A stretch of DNA of 64,000 nt from NCBI GenBank assembly GCA_001643675.2, contig LSRY02000004.1, positions 2,232,001 through 2,296,000 on the forward strand, written 5' to 3'. Below, one piece after another: positions 47,601-55,779 of the stretch. The position numbers and the translations under genes were made by a program. The number at the start of each line of letters is the position of its first letter. Position 1 is the stretch's first letter. The notes beneath the pieces are model-generated. The model saw nothing but the letters and a program-made list of their open reading frames with translations. It ran no database searches and was not told where the DNA came from. The stretch comes from Monocercomonoides exilis PA203. Taxonomy: Eukaryota; Protista; Preaxostyla.

Positions 47601-48054
47601 GAACAGGAACATGTGTGCGACAAAACAGTCAGTTGCATTCTCGATTGGGATGATGCTGTGGGAGTGTGTGACGCTGCAGATCCCGTTTGGGGAGTACGAG
47701 GCAGTTATCGCTGGAGATAAGATTGTGAAGGGAGAGCGACCTCGGCTGGATGTGGTGGAGAACACAACATATGGGAGCCTGATTGGTGTGTGCCTTTCAC
47801 CTCGGTGGGAGGGGAGGCCGATGCTGAGCGAGCTGAAAAAGGAGTTTTTTGTGCATTTCCCAGCAGAGGCGAAGATCCTCACAGTGTCAGATGCGATAGA
47901 CCTGGAAGAGGCGGATGGGAGAAATGAACACAGCGGGGGAGAGGAAAGCATCATTATTGATGATGGGGACAATGGAAATGACGTTGGGAATGGTGATGAA
48001 GGTGAAGGAGAAGAGGAAGACAGGAAAACAACAAAGCAGTTATTGCTGCGATGA
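35689..48054 (+). CDS. 4121-aa intronless type-I membrane protein: signal peptide, repeated Cys-rich/parallel beta-helix (PMP/pectin-lyase-like) modules, one TM, degenerate TKL-like kinase C-lobe
   Basis: N-terminal MKLLVYLLLLPALLQS. Recurrent GGA[IVL] and FxxC/FxxN motifs, and eight CGxxxx(P)C motifs. TM WALIVIVMLSVLFLIVLTVSIILAV followed by RWRKQKRR. Kinase remnants RWKAPELL, FSIGMMLWE, IPF, GERP, CLS....RP. Confidence 0.88.
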   Translation: MKLLVYLLLLPALLQSQSNLYSGTSGKSGAGASVVAESANKHYSILLQEKELLHGKSDSSNPICTISLEYGSAGWNFCEKREHNQKHYLFSMLNSTVLFESVAVRGSARPVALLRDVQAECCFCNCLFWRNWGSDNFCDSFGGLLRLENISLLCSTPNIACGFVLSNSIAPSSRIHLKRSAMHSFSVNSMNPFLSAGNMESVAVDECHFENITHKPDAMRRKGLAEEREFVGNGIGMIEVESSTFNKVIDADCGCIFDGFHTFHHYLSFNCSFVTSRAQVNNTRQVNSSGNVILRDSLFTVVSEVYDGAAVLITGNATLTIERTTFLNCKSTAYSRDNGGGAISATGTGFITITNSSFNNNSCISLAGGAIRIYTKSAGDVSITDSYFIENEGPHYGAFQITGQNDYVIIDSCTFYRNKANTYYCGSICFWNFQCNYSLLSNCLFQECSSAMYAGALLIGGYFEDIYPTEIRFLYFDQNACKNNIGTDVCIRTYNLTFYVANNFTTCFSTSLEKRIAFCTKSSEWTCASYEPKENWIRTDDPSSIHVNPSKEDNAVCGNVGRECKTIGFAITRWLQPELQKVYVSRVNHLETSIAINGQAVETSIKGSGDRPTITSKNVDGWLVTITTGSFTVTDFSIVVDTGVSLESSLFLVSNAEGKLNLVQCEISADSTNRVLEHSQFSLLGGSVNLTLCEIRGFSLQECGLFQKESASSLLFEGGSVCDIARSRGNGTIIGKTLGDGEVLAISNITFRNCTSSAENGGVFGLCLGSGSQLRIGQTSEVGFEECSAPNSESKGKGGALYLLFDPGSNDFILKNISFRGCRAWKGKNVFVDGSNLSSLVKASSFAFKPQTGVELADLDELSGYDAGDRSKVIPLVLYLRTFSSPAYVSGSESDADDTFCGYKDYPCRTVEGAAAFRFANSACELSLLPSFAFLKELTLASQSYVFGAASQGQATEVGSSSVKSREMLVSVSVPATFANITFLLSHSIGNRASFISLQSATLSLTSCSIGKTSETESIEYTAVMASGGVLTVTSLSVAADQALSFSAPMLLLSGSVVCNLFGANLSSIATTGPQSFVETSSSGLANITNCSFDRFSLGKRGMIHSENGSSLYVGGSSFADVSLSNGNGSCIDFAAGEDVLHCVTVFNCSFQGCSVLNNGQSGGGIFASLKSSCELLINSTSFLSCTAPSEMLSGFGGGISLFVLQTDASFAIDAPSFSDELPNKAKCGNDIFVSSPDLASSVNRESFCFYDEQNPFSTASCVGVDEKWVNAMIPLVCYFRVLGDAVCVSAEGSDVPVCGYVDFGCRTLDFSFARLPGRKKAVTIPSEYAVGESCVLSDAKGYSISGLETKTRLKMEGNETQATSVMEVRAAVFFSCFFIEMVYSLHSTKSAVFSVADSNGVLEIENCECQPESGVSSISYCLLAAKAGKLAVNGFVMSNVQFSAGAAVVVNESGACEIMSMMFENVTSSANGEIMKYSSTGEMNVNKSHFSSSMESASPMIFDGNGAVLCVSNTTFSEIGRSEGQGGAVEGVVGDGCRMVLEGVVFLDCCTEEGCGGGLGLSVSGTGHLEIGKEELNSAFKSCAAKKGNGNGGNGGGISIRFSGEVFDYVICHTIFGAETEKNEAEEKGENIFIEGDDLSRIVTQRRFAVECDVSKGKHNEFVGFDRNADKCVPLVSFLSHWTSPVFVNSEEGADYQSCGFSWYPCSSIVYAAENRFASGVAAVCLEPNFSIADKLVLSAMPMVINGVSKPERVNIAADGRESGDGLVITQNEVAISWLEFCAPCEFLHVQRKSLILCAGSKLVVEGCSMVMQSGNPSYRFLLITSGSVKLTEFNLNSMEFNEAPAIELVGAQASGVFDKLHLESVNTTCESGGVIFVSSASAAQIENSTINSTSLLRQTAICVKGGASLTLKKSNFSEVNRTEGNGGVVVGEVDSEKRIEIKECNFAKVMCYHTGTKGGSMLISVAKRGTFLFEKNCVNESRVPGIDGLGGGLHLTFSDVDLTYSMKSDEFNSNDALLGKDVYLVCPLPRRMINPLLWSGSAKDGSEFEKTMWVLDPSDAEMNMSLLRFLFPSVDDIVFVDDGLGQVEAGCGSSVKPCKELSFGFTQLGTEKNILHITSLAKLEGEIKQNLSSLTIRGESVKSDMIVDGGGCICVSDGDLSTQLTIQNIRFAFAASAESLQDSLIVGKVGSIFLISCDVSKSANAQISNIKQSILCGKGSTITLTSVTFSELVFEADQAICVMQSGSLIISGCTFASICTSKKSLIGGMKGTCIAINNTHISECSSESGSVVHWENALEVEIANTSSFANCSSEKDNGGAVNLIFSKNYRLSIADVSFSNNSADEEAKNGGAIFVQLSQDLDEAIEFSSLHFLGNKAHHGKDMFVACADLNRTVLQSRFRFPLVNEEGELIVDLFGRDEVITNKEAVNLTLFLLQLQSSSIHVSAAGRDYLGCGSDEYPCNTFWRGYTNMDKTGSDQKLLTVDASTVVQDTYDVSSFSIIPGYGSARSSIVVKSDLELCTLDSIFLSAKSLSIQNMLLSIPPSFAPPVQNLLRLNPPSASEAQLAVKGCVFECSSGSCIDYILISSAKGQVELADCTLPSFSSGVVPLDLSSSVLIKGMNFTNIASASSGEGGVARVELTEEESLSINGTTAEGCSCAGNGRGGAFFVKCSESLLPAPFVFGSEIILAGNEAMIGKNVFIASSDLNRTVTKSTFVFLAEKSKMEHTLFCGSDAVHHDTDLLRFLCGYKNNTIFVSSNGFDIARCGSEDDPCESFWKGMAQIERSSPSKVITVDGSTFVRDAFIVSNYTIASYSASPDEVRKAVVEFQNKTINDGEPFLTNAVRLSLERMSLRVAEHFDGSASSIVHSKEGILLVRMCSFESKGLMEDLSKVRFVTVEGGELAVDDLTISSSNFAENIFAVNNMAQLCSFTSLSVSSLNLSDGSIFSLSSSIGQETKQNSNWRCDFRINGSTFSSIARVDDGSGVVFSGINNIDLKVDKTVFSDVKAERSLKGGVMLVSLLSESSFKMSDSTVTRCCCSSNGKGGGVYLAAATAGKLDFLFSRVSFIANTAFVGNDIFIECHNITAQINETQFGFDVEKVTDKAKAIFGIDKTDHTADTNLLDFITIYRADTIIVSSDPSRNGKDDRQCGTQYLPCLSIDYGLLHLSNNFVSQMFVDKASYLGGEAKMVEMGLASRTKAQCVIGVHSNILQHELALISTAGSVSLSYLRFAFAEEFVSFHSAFLCPETGVLELSCCAFTSESDGSVQTVPFCLVSANGCKCTAYEVSVSFLAFASPMFRVASSGNMKITSSSFSESSFEGSLAECGEDSVMQTVSSSFTSINVSGRHPMLSFNAANEVAIDNCSFISCLSSTQRGSIVSFSLCTNATIDKCLFDGWKGDNKSDEKRNTQQEEICRWNGSLVDFAGTRAAMKDTAVVNSSEGGMSICGGEVSVEKGEYYWNSKAIDGFPSARRNIICEGKGQLAMESLKGGDGLLPNTSLWILNEGCELSGMASERASELFIPALERVETEEKRGRTELTFRGNLLLPCNLSCQITSTIEKVSSIEVYLLEEDGFVCENEARSSIASGIISSAEERAEVAVCILFGNPEKKGRTESFVVKNKTEKKKDENGNNEIVKSETKEGGSWALIVIVMLSVLFLIVLTVSIILAVRWRKQKRRTEELEVIVEDTVKKDPKAFEMVTMEMSPEEQWRRAEREAEKKNEERIKKRVYEKSLGHSESSEHLLSESGSTEYILGRDSDKIPQWMLEKVDDEEETRKRTPSPSISSTSTTSTTDSDSTFVRGEDLCPTTSSMSNLVDAMTCSSPHEKLILDFRDSFFMLMHGRNKTKEMPIGNLEERELTGAQVLFWVANLALHSFDEMSNPLSSLENLSPHIVLFSEHMDIAVALRSECSSSDDSDSSSISSLTIVSSSSSNVSVMSERFTDSPPPSSAFEDEADNRDECKRWKAPELLMNRNMCATKQSVAFSIGMMLWECVTLQIPFGEYEAVIAGDKIVKGERPRLDVVENTTYGSLIGVCLSPRWEGRPMLSELKKEFFVHFPAEAKILTVSDAIDLEEADGRNEHSGGEESIIIDDGDNGNDVGNGDEGEGEEEDRKTTKQLLLR

Positions 48055-49115
48055 ATGAAATAAAAGACAAATTGATGCTTGTTTTAAAAAAAATTATTGT
48101 TTTTAATTTGTGAATATTTTGCGTTTTCTGTTGTGTTTATTCATTGTTCTTCCCAAATTTATATTTTTTACTCATTTTTTATTTCGTGTATATGTATGTA
48201 TTTTAATATTCAAATACTGTGTGAATTGTCTAATTTTTTGCCTCTGCTTTTTGTTGAATTTGTCTTTTTTGTTTTTTTGAACAATTTGCTTGTTGAAAAT
48301 TTCAGTTTTTGAGAGTTGGTTGAAAGCTGTATCTCCAGTTGTGTCTTTTTTTTTTTTGTGGGTGAGAATCCTGCACCATTGCGTATTGACTTTAGGGAAC
48401 CAAAACTTGCCATTTTGCATGTTTCCATCACTTTGAGAATTTTCGCTATATTTTTATTTTGTGAATTAAACAACACCTTAAATTTTTTGTGTGATTGGAA
48501 AATGCAAAGAAGGATATTATGATTTTGCTTTTCTTTCTTTTTTCTGAGAATTATTTGACTGACGACAACATTACGAAATGTTCGACAAATCATGGAATTC
48601 ACTTTTCTGGGTGATCCAAAGCTGATTGCAATATTTATTGTGAATTCAGCAAAAGCTGCTTTCTTTTCTTTTGGAAACACACAAAAATAATCGTTCGTTT
48701 CCTTGAAAATGAATTCGTCTGTAAAAAGAATCATGGTTCTAATGAAAGACGATTGATTTCTTTTGAAACTTATTTCATGTGTGCAATATAAAAATTAAAT
48801 TGTTGTTTGTTAACTGCCATTGATTTTGCTTTTGAAGAGAAACAAAAACTGAAAATGATTCCAAACGTTCAAAATGATTAAACAAAAAATGATTGTTCCT
48901 TTTCGTTCTAATTCTTTCGTGAAAGTTTCGATAGATTTTTGTTTTTCGATAGGAATAAGTTCATAAGAAAATGTAATTTTTGACATTCAAAAAAATCACT
49001 AATAAAAAGATAAAAGGCTTTTGACTTCCACTAAAGAAAGAATATTTTATCAAAACATAAACGAAAGTGTGATTTTTTTAAAGGATTAATTGCAGGTTTT
49101 TTCTTTTATTGGAAC

Positions 49116-49117
<2 letters not shown>

Positions 49118-49166
<49 letters not shown>
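49118..49166 (+). repeat. Perfect T49 homopolymer (poly-A on the minus strand)
   Basis: Counted directly from the sequence. Confidence 0.95.
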
Positions 49167-49892
49167 CGGAATATTATAGCAAAGTTTTGAGCCGAGAAAC
49201 TTTATTATTGGAATTTATCTTCAAAGATTTTCTGTTAATCATCCTTTCTTGACTCGATGATCGGTTTTTGCATCTCCAACATTAAAACTGCTCTTTTTCC
49301 TTTCATTGATTGTTGTTCTTTTTCATATTTTACATTTTGTCAATGCTTTTGCCCTGTTAGTTTTGTATTTTTTTGATTTTCAATTCATTCATCTTTGACA
49401 ATTCCAAAAAGAATTTTGAAGCAAATGTCAGTAGCAATAGCTCACAAAGCATTTCAGTCTATCCAATTTCGTTTGTTCTTGATTTCAGCTTCATCATTTT
49501 CAATTTGTACGATCAATTCTTTCTCTTTAAGAATTTGGTTGCTTTCTTGTTTTCCACTTGTGTTCTATCAATTTCGTTTCAATATCATAAATCAATTCAA
49601 CTCTGAAAAGAAGAAAAAGCATTCAAGATAGATTCCGAATTGAAAAATGTGACAATGAATATTTTCTGTTGGTTCGATCGAAAAGAAATTAAACATTTTC
49701 TCTTCTGGCCTTTCATTGAAGATACCTGTATTTTTGTTGCGATTTCTTTTGCACATCTTTTTCTTGAGCAAAGACAAAATATTTTGTGTTGGGGTTATTT
49801 TTATTTTGCGAGATTATAAACGATATTTGCATCAATCGATTATTTTGTTTGCTGGTTGAATTTATCCGCTTTTTATGTAACCAGAATAAATA

Positions 49893-51326
49893 ATGAACAC
49901 AATGATTGAAGTTATTCATGTTGAGGAGGAGGAAGAAGAAGATAATGATGAAAGTGACAAGGAAGTTATAAAATCAGTTCTTACAGAAAATTTAACAAGT
50001 TTGCTTTTTTTCCTCTTAATAAATTTTTCAAAGCTTAAAATAATTTTGTAATTTTTGAAAAATTGTTTGACGAACTTGAGCATTGCAATGAGGATGCGCA
50101 AATAGAGAAAATACTTGAAATGAACGAGACAACGGAATATATGAATGAAAAAGAATTCAAATCTATTTTCATGGGGAAATTGTTCAATAAAATAGATAAA
50201 ATGATTGGAGAAAAGAACCTGCCAATGGAAAATGCAATTTTGGAGATGAAAAGTGCTGGTCGTTGCAAAGCGTTGAAAAGAATACTTCTTTGTGGCTTTG
50301 AAAAAATTTCTTTGGGTGAAAGAATTGAGAAGATGATTGTTGAAGAAAATCTAAAGAAAAAAGAGGAAAAGAATGAAAAGTTCTTGGTCGATCTTTGCGA
50401 ATGCTACATTTCTCTTAGAACTGGTTTCCCACCCGAATTACTTTTAATTTGTGTACCTTGCCTTTTGAAGGCTGCGTCGGACAAAGAAGAAACCGAGGAA
50501 ATTCATAAAGATGTGGAAATGGCTTTATTTGCTTTGTGTTGCATTGAAGAAAATCAAGTTTGAGCATTTATATTTCCTTTTTCATATTGTTGTTATTTTT
50601 CTTGTTTCTTATAAGATTTTTGAACAAAAACAATATTTGAAGGAAATGTTAAAAATTATCAAAATTCAACAAGAGCATCACAATCTCATGCGGCTTACCT
50701 ATCAATCCGCTTGGATGCGTTTGATAAACAAATTTTTCTGGGACAAAAGCGTGGAAGATATGATTGTGAATGAACTGCATTTTCCGAGAGAAGCTGAAAG
50801 AGAACAAGAAGAATCGAAAAAAGTAATGATAATCAGGAGATGGCTGAGCACAATCAAGTTTTTCATATCCTTGTGCCAATTGAGGAATGAAGAATTTGTT
50901 GAGCTAATCGGTGAAATTGTTCAAGTATTTCGAGTTGCAAAAGATAATTACAGAGAAATTCACAGTAAATGCATCTATTCATTAAGAGAAGCAGCTGCAG
51001 TCAAAGCTGTTGAAATAGAAGACTTGTTGAATGGTGGTGCTTTTGATGCTGTTTTGGAGGAATTTCAGCGACAAACGTTGAATGACGATATTGCACATGA
51101 CAGCTTAATATTTTTAATGAACGTTTCAAATCGATTGAAAGAAGAGGATGACGATGAAAAGGAAGAAGTTAAAAGAAAGGCAACAAAAAGGAAACCGCTT
51201 GAAAAGATGGAAGAAGAAGGATACGAAGATAGAATCACAAGCCTTTATGGAGAAATTTCTTTCATTAACGAAAGATATAATAATAATTTTTCTTTGAATA
51301 TTTCTGAATATTTTGTGAATATTTGA
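49893..51326 (+). CDS. Lineage-specific 'MEEEGYED' family protein, 3 exons; possibly pseudogenised (intron 1 lacks AG)
   Basis: Exon 1 49893-49998 (MNTMIEV..LTENLT), exon 2 50061-50557 (KLFDELEHC..LVDLCECY..CVPCLLKAA..VEMALFAL), exon 3 50616-51326 (..EKMEEEGYED..ISEYFVNI*). Confidence 0.7.
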
Positions 51327-54300
51327 AGAAATGAAATATCATTTTATTAACAAATATTTCCTTCTTTTCTTTTATCATTGATTAATTATACAAACATAAC
51401 TTTGAATATGTTTTGTTTTTTAAACAAAAATACTTTTCATTTATTATCTGTAATTTAACAGATCATTCTGTTGTGTTTGTGAAAATAAGATGTAATTTAA
51501 TACGAAACACGAAAATTAAATATTAACTTTTTTTCATCAGTTCACAAAATCGAAAACGTATATTCATTTGAATCTTTCTCAAACAATATTTTTTCCCTTG
51601 AACGATTTCTTTAATTATGTTGCACGCTCCGCAGTTTCATTAACAAATCAATTTTCATTTGCTCGTTTTCAAATATGAATGTTTCTCCTCCAGTTTTTTG
51701 AGTAATTTTGCGTTTTTCGACTTCTTTTCTTGATATTCCAAATGACATGTGATTTCAGAGAACTTTAGAAGAGAAATCAAAGATAAGGGATTAATGATTT
51801 TGAGGAGAATGTAAAGAATAAAATTCTATTTGTATTTTGTTTTGACTTATATTAAGTGAAAAGAAGAAATCTTGCTGTGAAAAAATTGAAATTAACTTTT
51901 AATTATCAAAAGATACAACGTTAGAAAAATATCACATAAGAAAGATTTTCCTTTCGTTCTTTTCATCTCTGATTCGTCTTTGACATATGAATTTGTGATG
52001 TTTGTGATTGCTCTTTGTTCTTCATTTTTTCCATCAAACTGGAACAGCCCTTTTTGTCAGATGAATCTACTGTTTGACTACTCGTGCTTCTTTAAGAAAA
52101 TTCAATTACGCTTTAGGCAATTTCAGATATGTGTTTATCAATTCTTCCTTTAATCACAAAATTGCTTCATAAACATCAAGTTGTGAATTTATGAATATCA
52201 TCTTTTTCGTCCTTTCTCATTTCTCTTCGCTTAACTTTCTTTCTTTGATGTTGCATTCCGTCATAGATAGAAAAATGTCGAGAAGATCGTAAAGATAACT
52301 GCTTTTATCCTCTGCAATTGCATTGACATAAAGCAGAAAATTTCTGATGCACATGGGCGTAAAGATATGAATGCGAGCAACCTGAATTGTGTAATTTTGT
52401 AAAATAAATGTATGCGTAAGCGTCTGTATATGTTTATAATTCTTCTTTTCGTACATCTTTCTTCGGTCACACATCATTCAGCTTGGAGTCTGCTTCTTGC
52501 AATGATATTTTGAAGATTTTCTTGAAAGATGAATTGTAATGATAAGTCCAATTCACTGAAGTACATTTGTAGCGCTGAAGCACAAATCGCAGGAAACTCG
52601 GTATGATAGGCAGGTGCTGGGAAATACACTGATATCAGCTTCAAAGTTCTTTTTGAGTTGATCAAAAATTAAATCATAAGCTGATACAAATAGTTGAAAC
52701 TATTTTCCGCTTTTGATAACACAAAAAGCACTGTAACGTTGTCCTGAGCAATAGAATTCATGAATTTTTCTGTTAAATCTGGTCTAAAGCAGCCTGCGTG
52801 TCATTATATGTCAAAAATTATAAAAATTCAATATTTTTCAAAATAGGTAAATAACGACCTCCAAAAAAATCATGAAAAAATAAGTATACATTGTATATTC
52901 TAGGAGTGTATTTTCATTGTCCTACGGTGAAATTTATGCATCACGCGAACACTCCAGATTAAAAGAATATTCACGCAGTTGTAACAAAAAGTTAAAGCTT
53001 TTTGTTGTTAATAAATTATGAAACATGACCCAGATAGTCCAGATTGAAATTTAAGAAGGAACAAAAATGTCTATTCTTCAAACAAAATTGGCTAATAATG
53101 AATGCAAAGGAAAAGTAATAATAAAAGAACGCAAACTGGTTATATGCAAGGTGGTTGCATATATAATGCAGTTGACTACTCAAATATTCAACAAATTAGC
53201 AAAATGTTATCGTTTCATAAGCGATGCTGTTGTTTTCACGAAATTATGTAATTAAGTATGTATCAAGATCATATTTTTAAAAATTAAGAATTCATGATGA
53301 AAACAATTCATTTTCCAGAATAACATTCTAAAATAAATATGGAAGATGTGAATATATTGCTTTTTTATAATCTGTCACGAATAGGAGAGTATTACCTCAT
53401 TTTATTTTGCTATTCTAATTTTCTTCGATAATGATTCAAGAACATTGAAAGAAAAAAAAAAAAATAACTTTGAAAAATTCTTTACCAATGACCGCCAAAG
53501 AGATTTCAATGAACAAGGTTGGATCAAGAAATTATCGAAGCGTTGAAAAGATAAATCGGATTTATTCAAACTTCAACAAAATATTCAAAACAAAGGGAAA
53601 ACTTCCACAGCAAATAGTTTTTCCTTCAAAGTCTGAAAGATGACAAAATTATATTTAGTCATTAACATAAAATATTTTGATGATGATAACAATTATTAAA
53701 TGAAGGTTATTTTGGAGATAAGGTGAAAACTTTTTTGTCTGATCATTTCCGTATATTTTAATTTTTCTATTTTTTTTCCTTATTTTTAGAAAAAACCTGG
53801 TTTTTTGAGATGAAATGGATTATGACATGAATGACATATAACTATTTTGACTTTCACTCGATCTGTTTAGATTTTTGTTCTTTCATAAATATTTTTTTTA
53901 TCAAAAATTTGAAAAAATTTCGAAATACATAATATTCTGTATCTCGGTGGGGAAGGGGAATTGAGCCAAATCCGTTTACCCACGTCTTAGTTGTGAATTA
54001 TCGGTGATATTCCATAACACAGAAAAATATGAAAAATTACATAATATTCACATTTATTGACTTTTCTTCACTCAGGTTATCATTGAAAATATGATAATAT
54101 GAATTTTAATAAATTTGACTCAGAATTCTCATTTCAAATAAAAATATGTATTATGTTAGCAAAGTGATAAAGTGTTAATAGAAATAATACCAGGTTAATA
54201 TCTGCATTGTTTGTGGAGATATTAATTTTTGAATGTTTTTTCAGTCATTTTTCAGTAGAAACAGAAAATATTTTTTTTCTCACCAAGGGTTGGTCTGACA

Positions 54301-54458
54301 ATGATATGAGTTATCTTCATCTTCTAGTCTACCAAATGTGAATCCCATAGAAAATTTTCCTTATAATACGACAACTATCCCTCTAGTTATATATTTGAAG
54401 TTATCCCCTTTGTAACTTCCATGACGCTCTGACCATTTGTTTCTTCTTTTCTCATAAA

Positions 54459-54579
54459 GATAACTGGCTTGTGGCAGCCAAGCGTTCATAGCGACGTTGC
54501 TTTTTGATTCTTCGATGTCGGCTCTTCCTATCATTGCGAAGCAGAATTCGCCAAGTGTTGGATTGTTCACCCACTAACA

Positions 54580-54617
<38 letters not shown>

Positions 54618-55460
54618 TAGTTTTACCCTACTGATTAAGTATAGTATTGTCAAGATGGTAATTCTAGTAAGTATGAGAGGAACCCTAGAATCGTATAATT
54701 GGCATTTGCGGTTAGTTGAGAAACTAGTGCCGCGAAGCTACCATACGTTAGATTATGACTGAACGCCTCTAAGTCAGAATCTATTCCAGATTTTTATAAT
54801 TAAGACAATTGAAGGATTATATTGATAATCTCCTGGGCATGCCTTTGTTAAAAAGGGAATAGTATTTGATAAAAATAGAGATATGGAAATTAAGACCATG
54901 GCCATCGAGGATATTTGACAACCCTCCTATCTACGGTCGGCGACGATTGGATAAGGGAAGATCCTGTAATGGGATGTGTGTAAATGGGGTCGTATCTTCT
55001 AGATGTTTGCTGTAGAATAACATATATGACTAGAATATATTGTGATGGGTCTTGTATCTCCTTTAAATGCCTTGTGGATCGAAGTTGGTATATAGACTGA
55101 GATTCTATATTATACTGCTTTGCAAGGGAGTAAATTTTAAGGAAATTGAGATATTTTATTTCCAAGTCGAGGATCTTGAAGGATTGGTTGTACCGCCTTT
55201 GAAAGATTTGGCCGGAACGGTTGGTCCAATAAAAACATTTGGTAGATGTATTTAAACGGATTTCATTAGTTTGGAATTAAACGTTTCATCTGCTGGACCA
55301 TTTTTTTGCCTGGCTATTGTAAAGATAAATGAGAATATTGGTAAAGGGGTCATGCCTGAGAAGGACGGATTAGACGAATCCTTGTTATCAGAGGGCTGTG
55401 CGTCTCAGAGTGTTTTGTTTGCACGATTTACTGAGGCTTAACTCTGAATATTGTCCGATA
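54459..55460 (+). rRNA. 28S rRNA: 28S (LSU) rRNA, 5'-truncated fragment (3' half of domain V plus domain VI)
   Basis: GATAACTGGCTTGTGGCAGCCAAGCGTTCATAGCGACG..GATGTCGGCTCTTCCTATCATT..GGATTGTTCACCC..GAGCTGGGTTTAGACCGTC..; sarcin-ricin loop at 54670; GACTGAACGCCTCTAAGTCAGAATC; 3'-terminal CACGATTTACTGAGGCTTAAC..GTCCGATA followed by a T12 run. Confidence 0.95.
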
Positions 55461-55779
55461 TTTTTTTTTTTTGATTAAGTCATTGAATAAAAAAAAGTCC
55501 GTCTAATTAATTAACCCCACAAGAAAATGTTTTAAAATTCATAGATATTCTCTTTTCAGCTTGAAAACGTATGAATGATTGAATATAAAAACATTGAAAA
55601 AAACTTTAAGGACGGATGATTGGAAAGCCTTAATAATACCATGGATGAAGTACTACCCCCCAAAATAACTGTTCTTTTTTTTTTGGGAAAAGAAAAAATA
55701 AATGGGAATTTGAGGGAATCCAATGTGGGAAAAAGTCATAAAGGATGAAACTTTTTTTGAGTTAAATATTAATGATTTC

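Noticed and set aside
35582-47972. Antisense ORFs up to 332 aa opposite the receptor gene
   Set aside because: Mirror-frame artefacts of codon bias.
51550-53300. Coding-like minus-strand remnants
   Set aside because: Many stops and no recognisable motif; cannot be assigned.
53941-54025. Two adjacent hairpins ending near ACA (H/ACA snoRNA or Helitron end)
   Set aside because: No ANANNA H box between the hairpins and no CTRR terminus.
54290-54436. Box C/D snoRNA (TGGTC..CTGACCA)
   Set aside because: No canonical RTGATGA box C at the right position.
54400-54465. Group I intron at L2449 explaining the 28S break
   Set aside because: An intron would end in G directly before AACTGG, but exon bases GAT are retained. 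No upstream 28S exon or P7 core was seen.
54361-55255. Short ORFs overlapping 28S
   Set aside because: Incidental frames in rRNA sequence.
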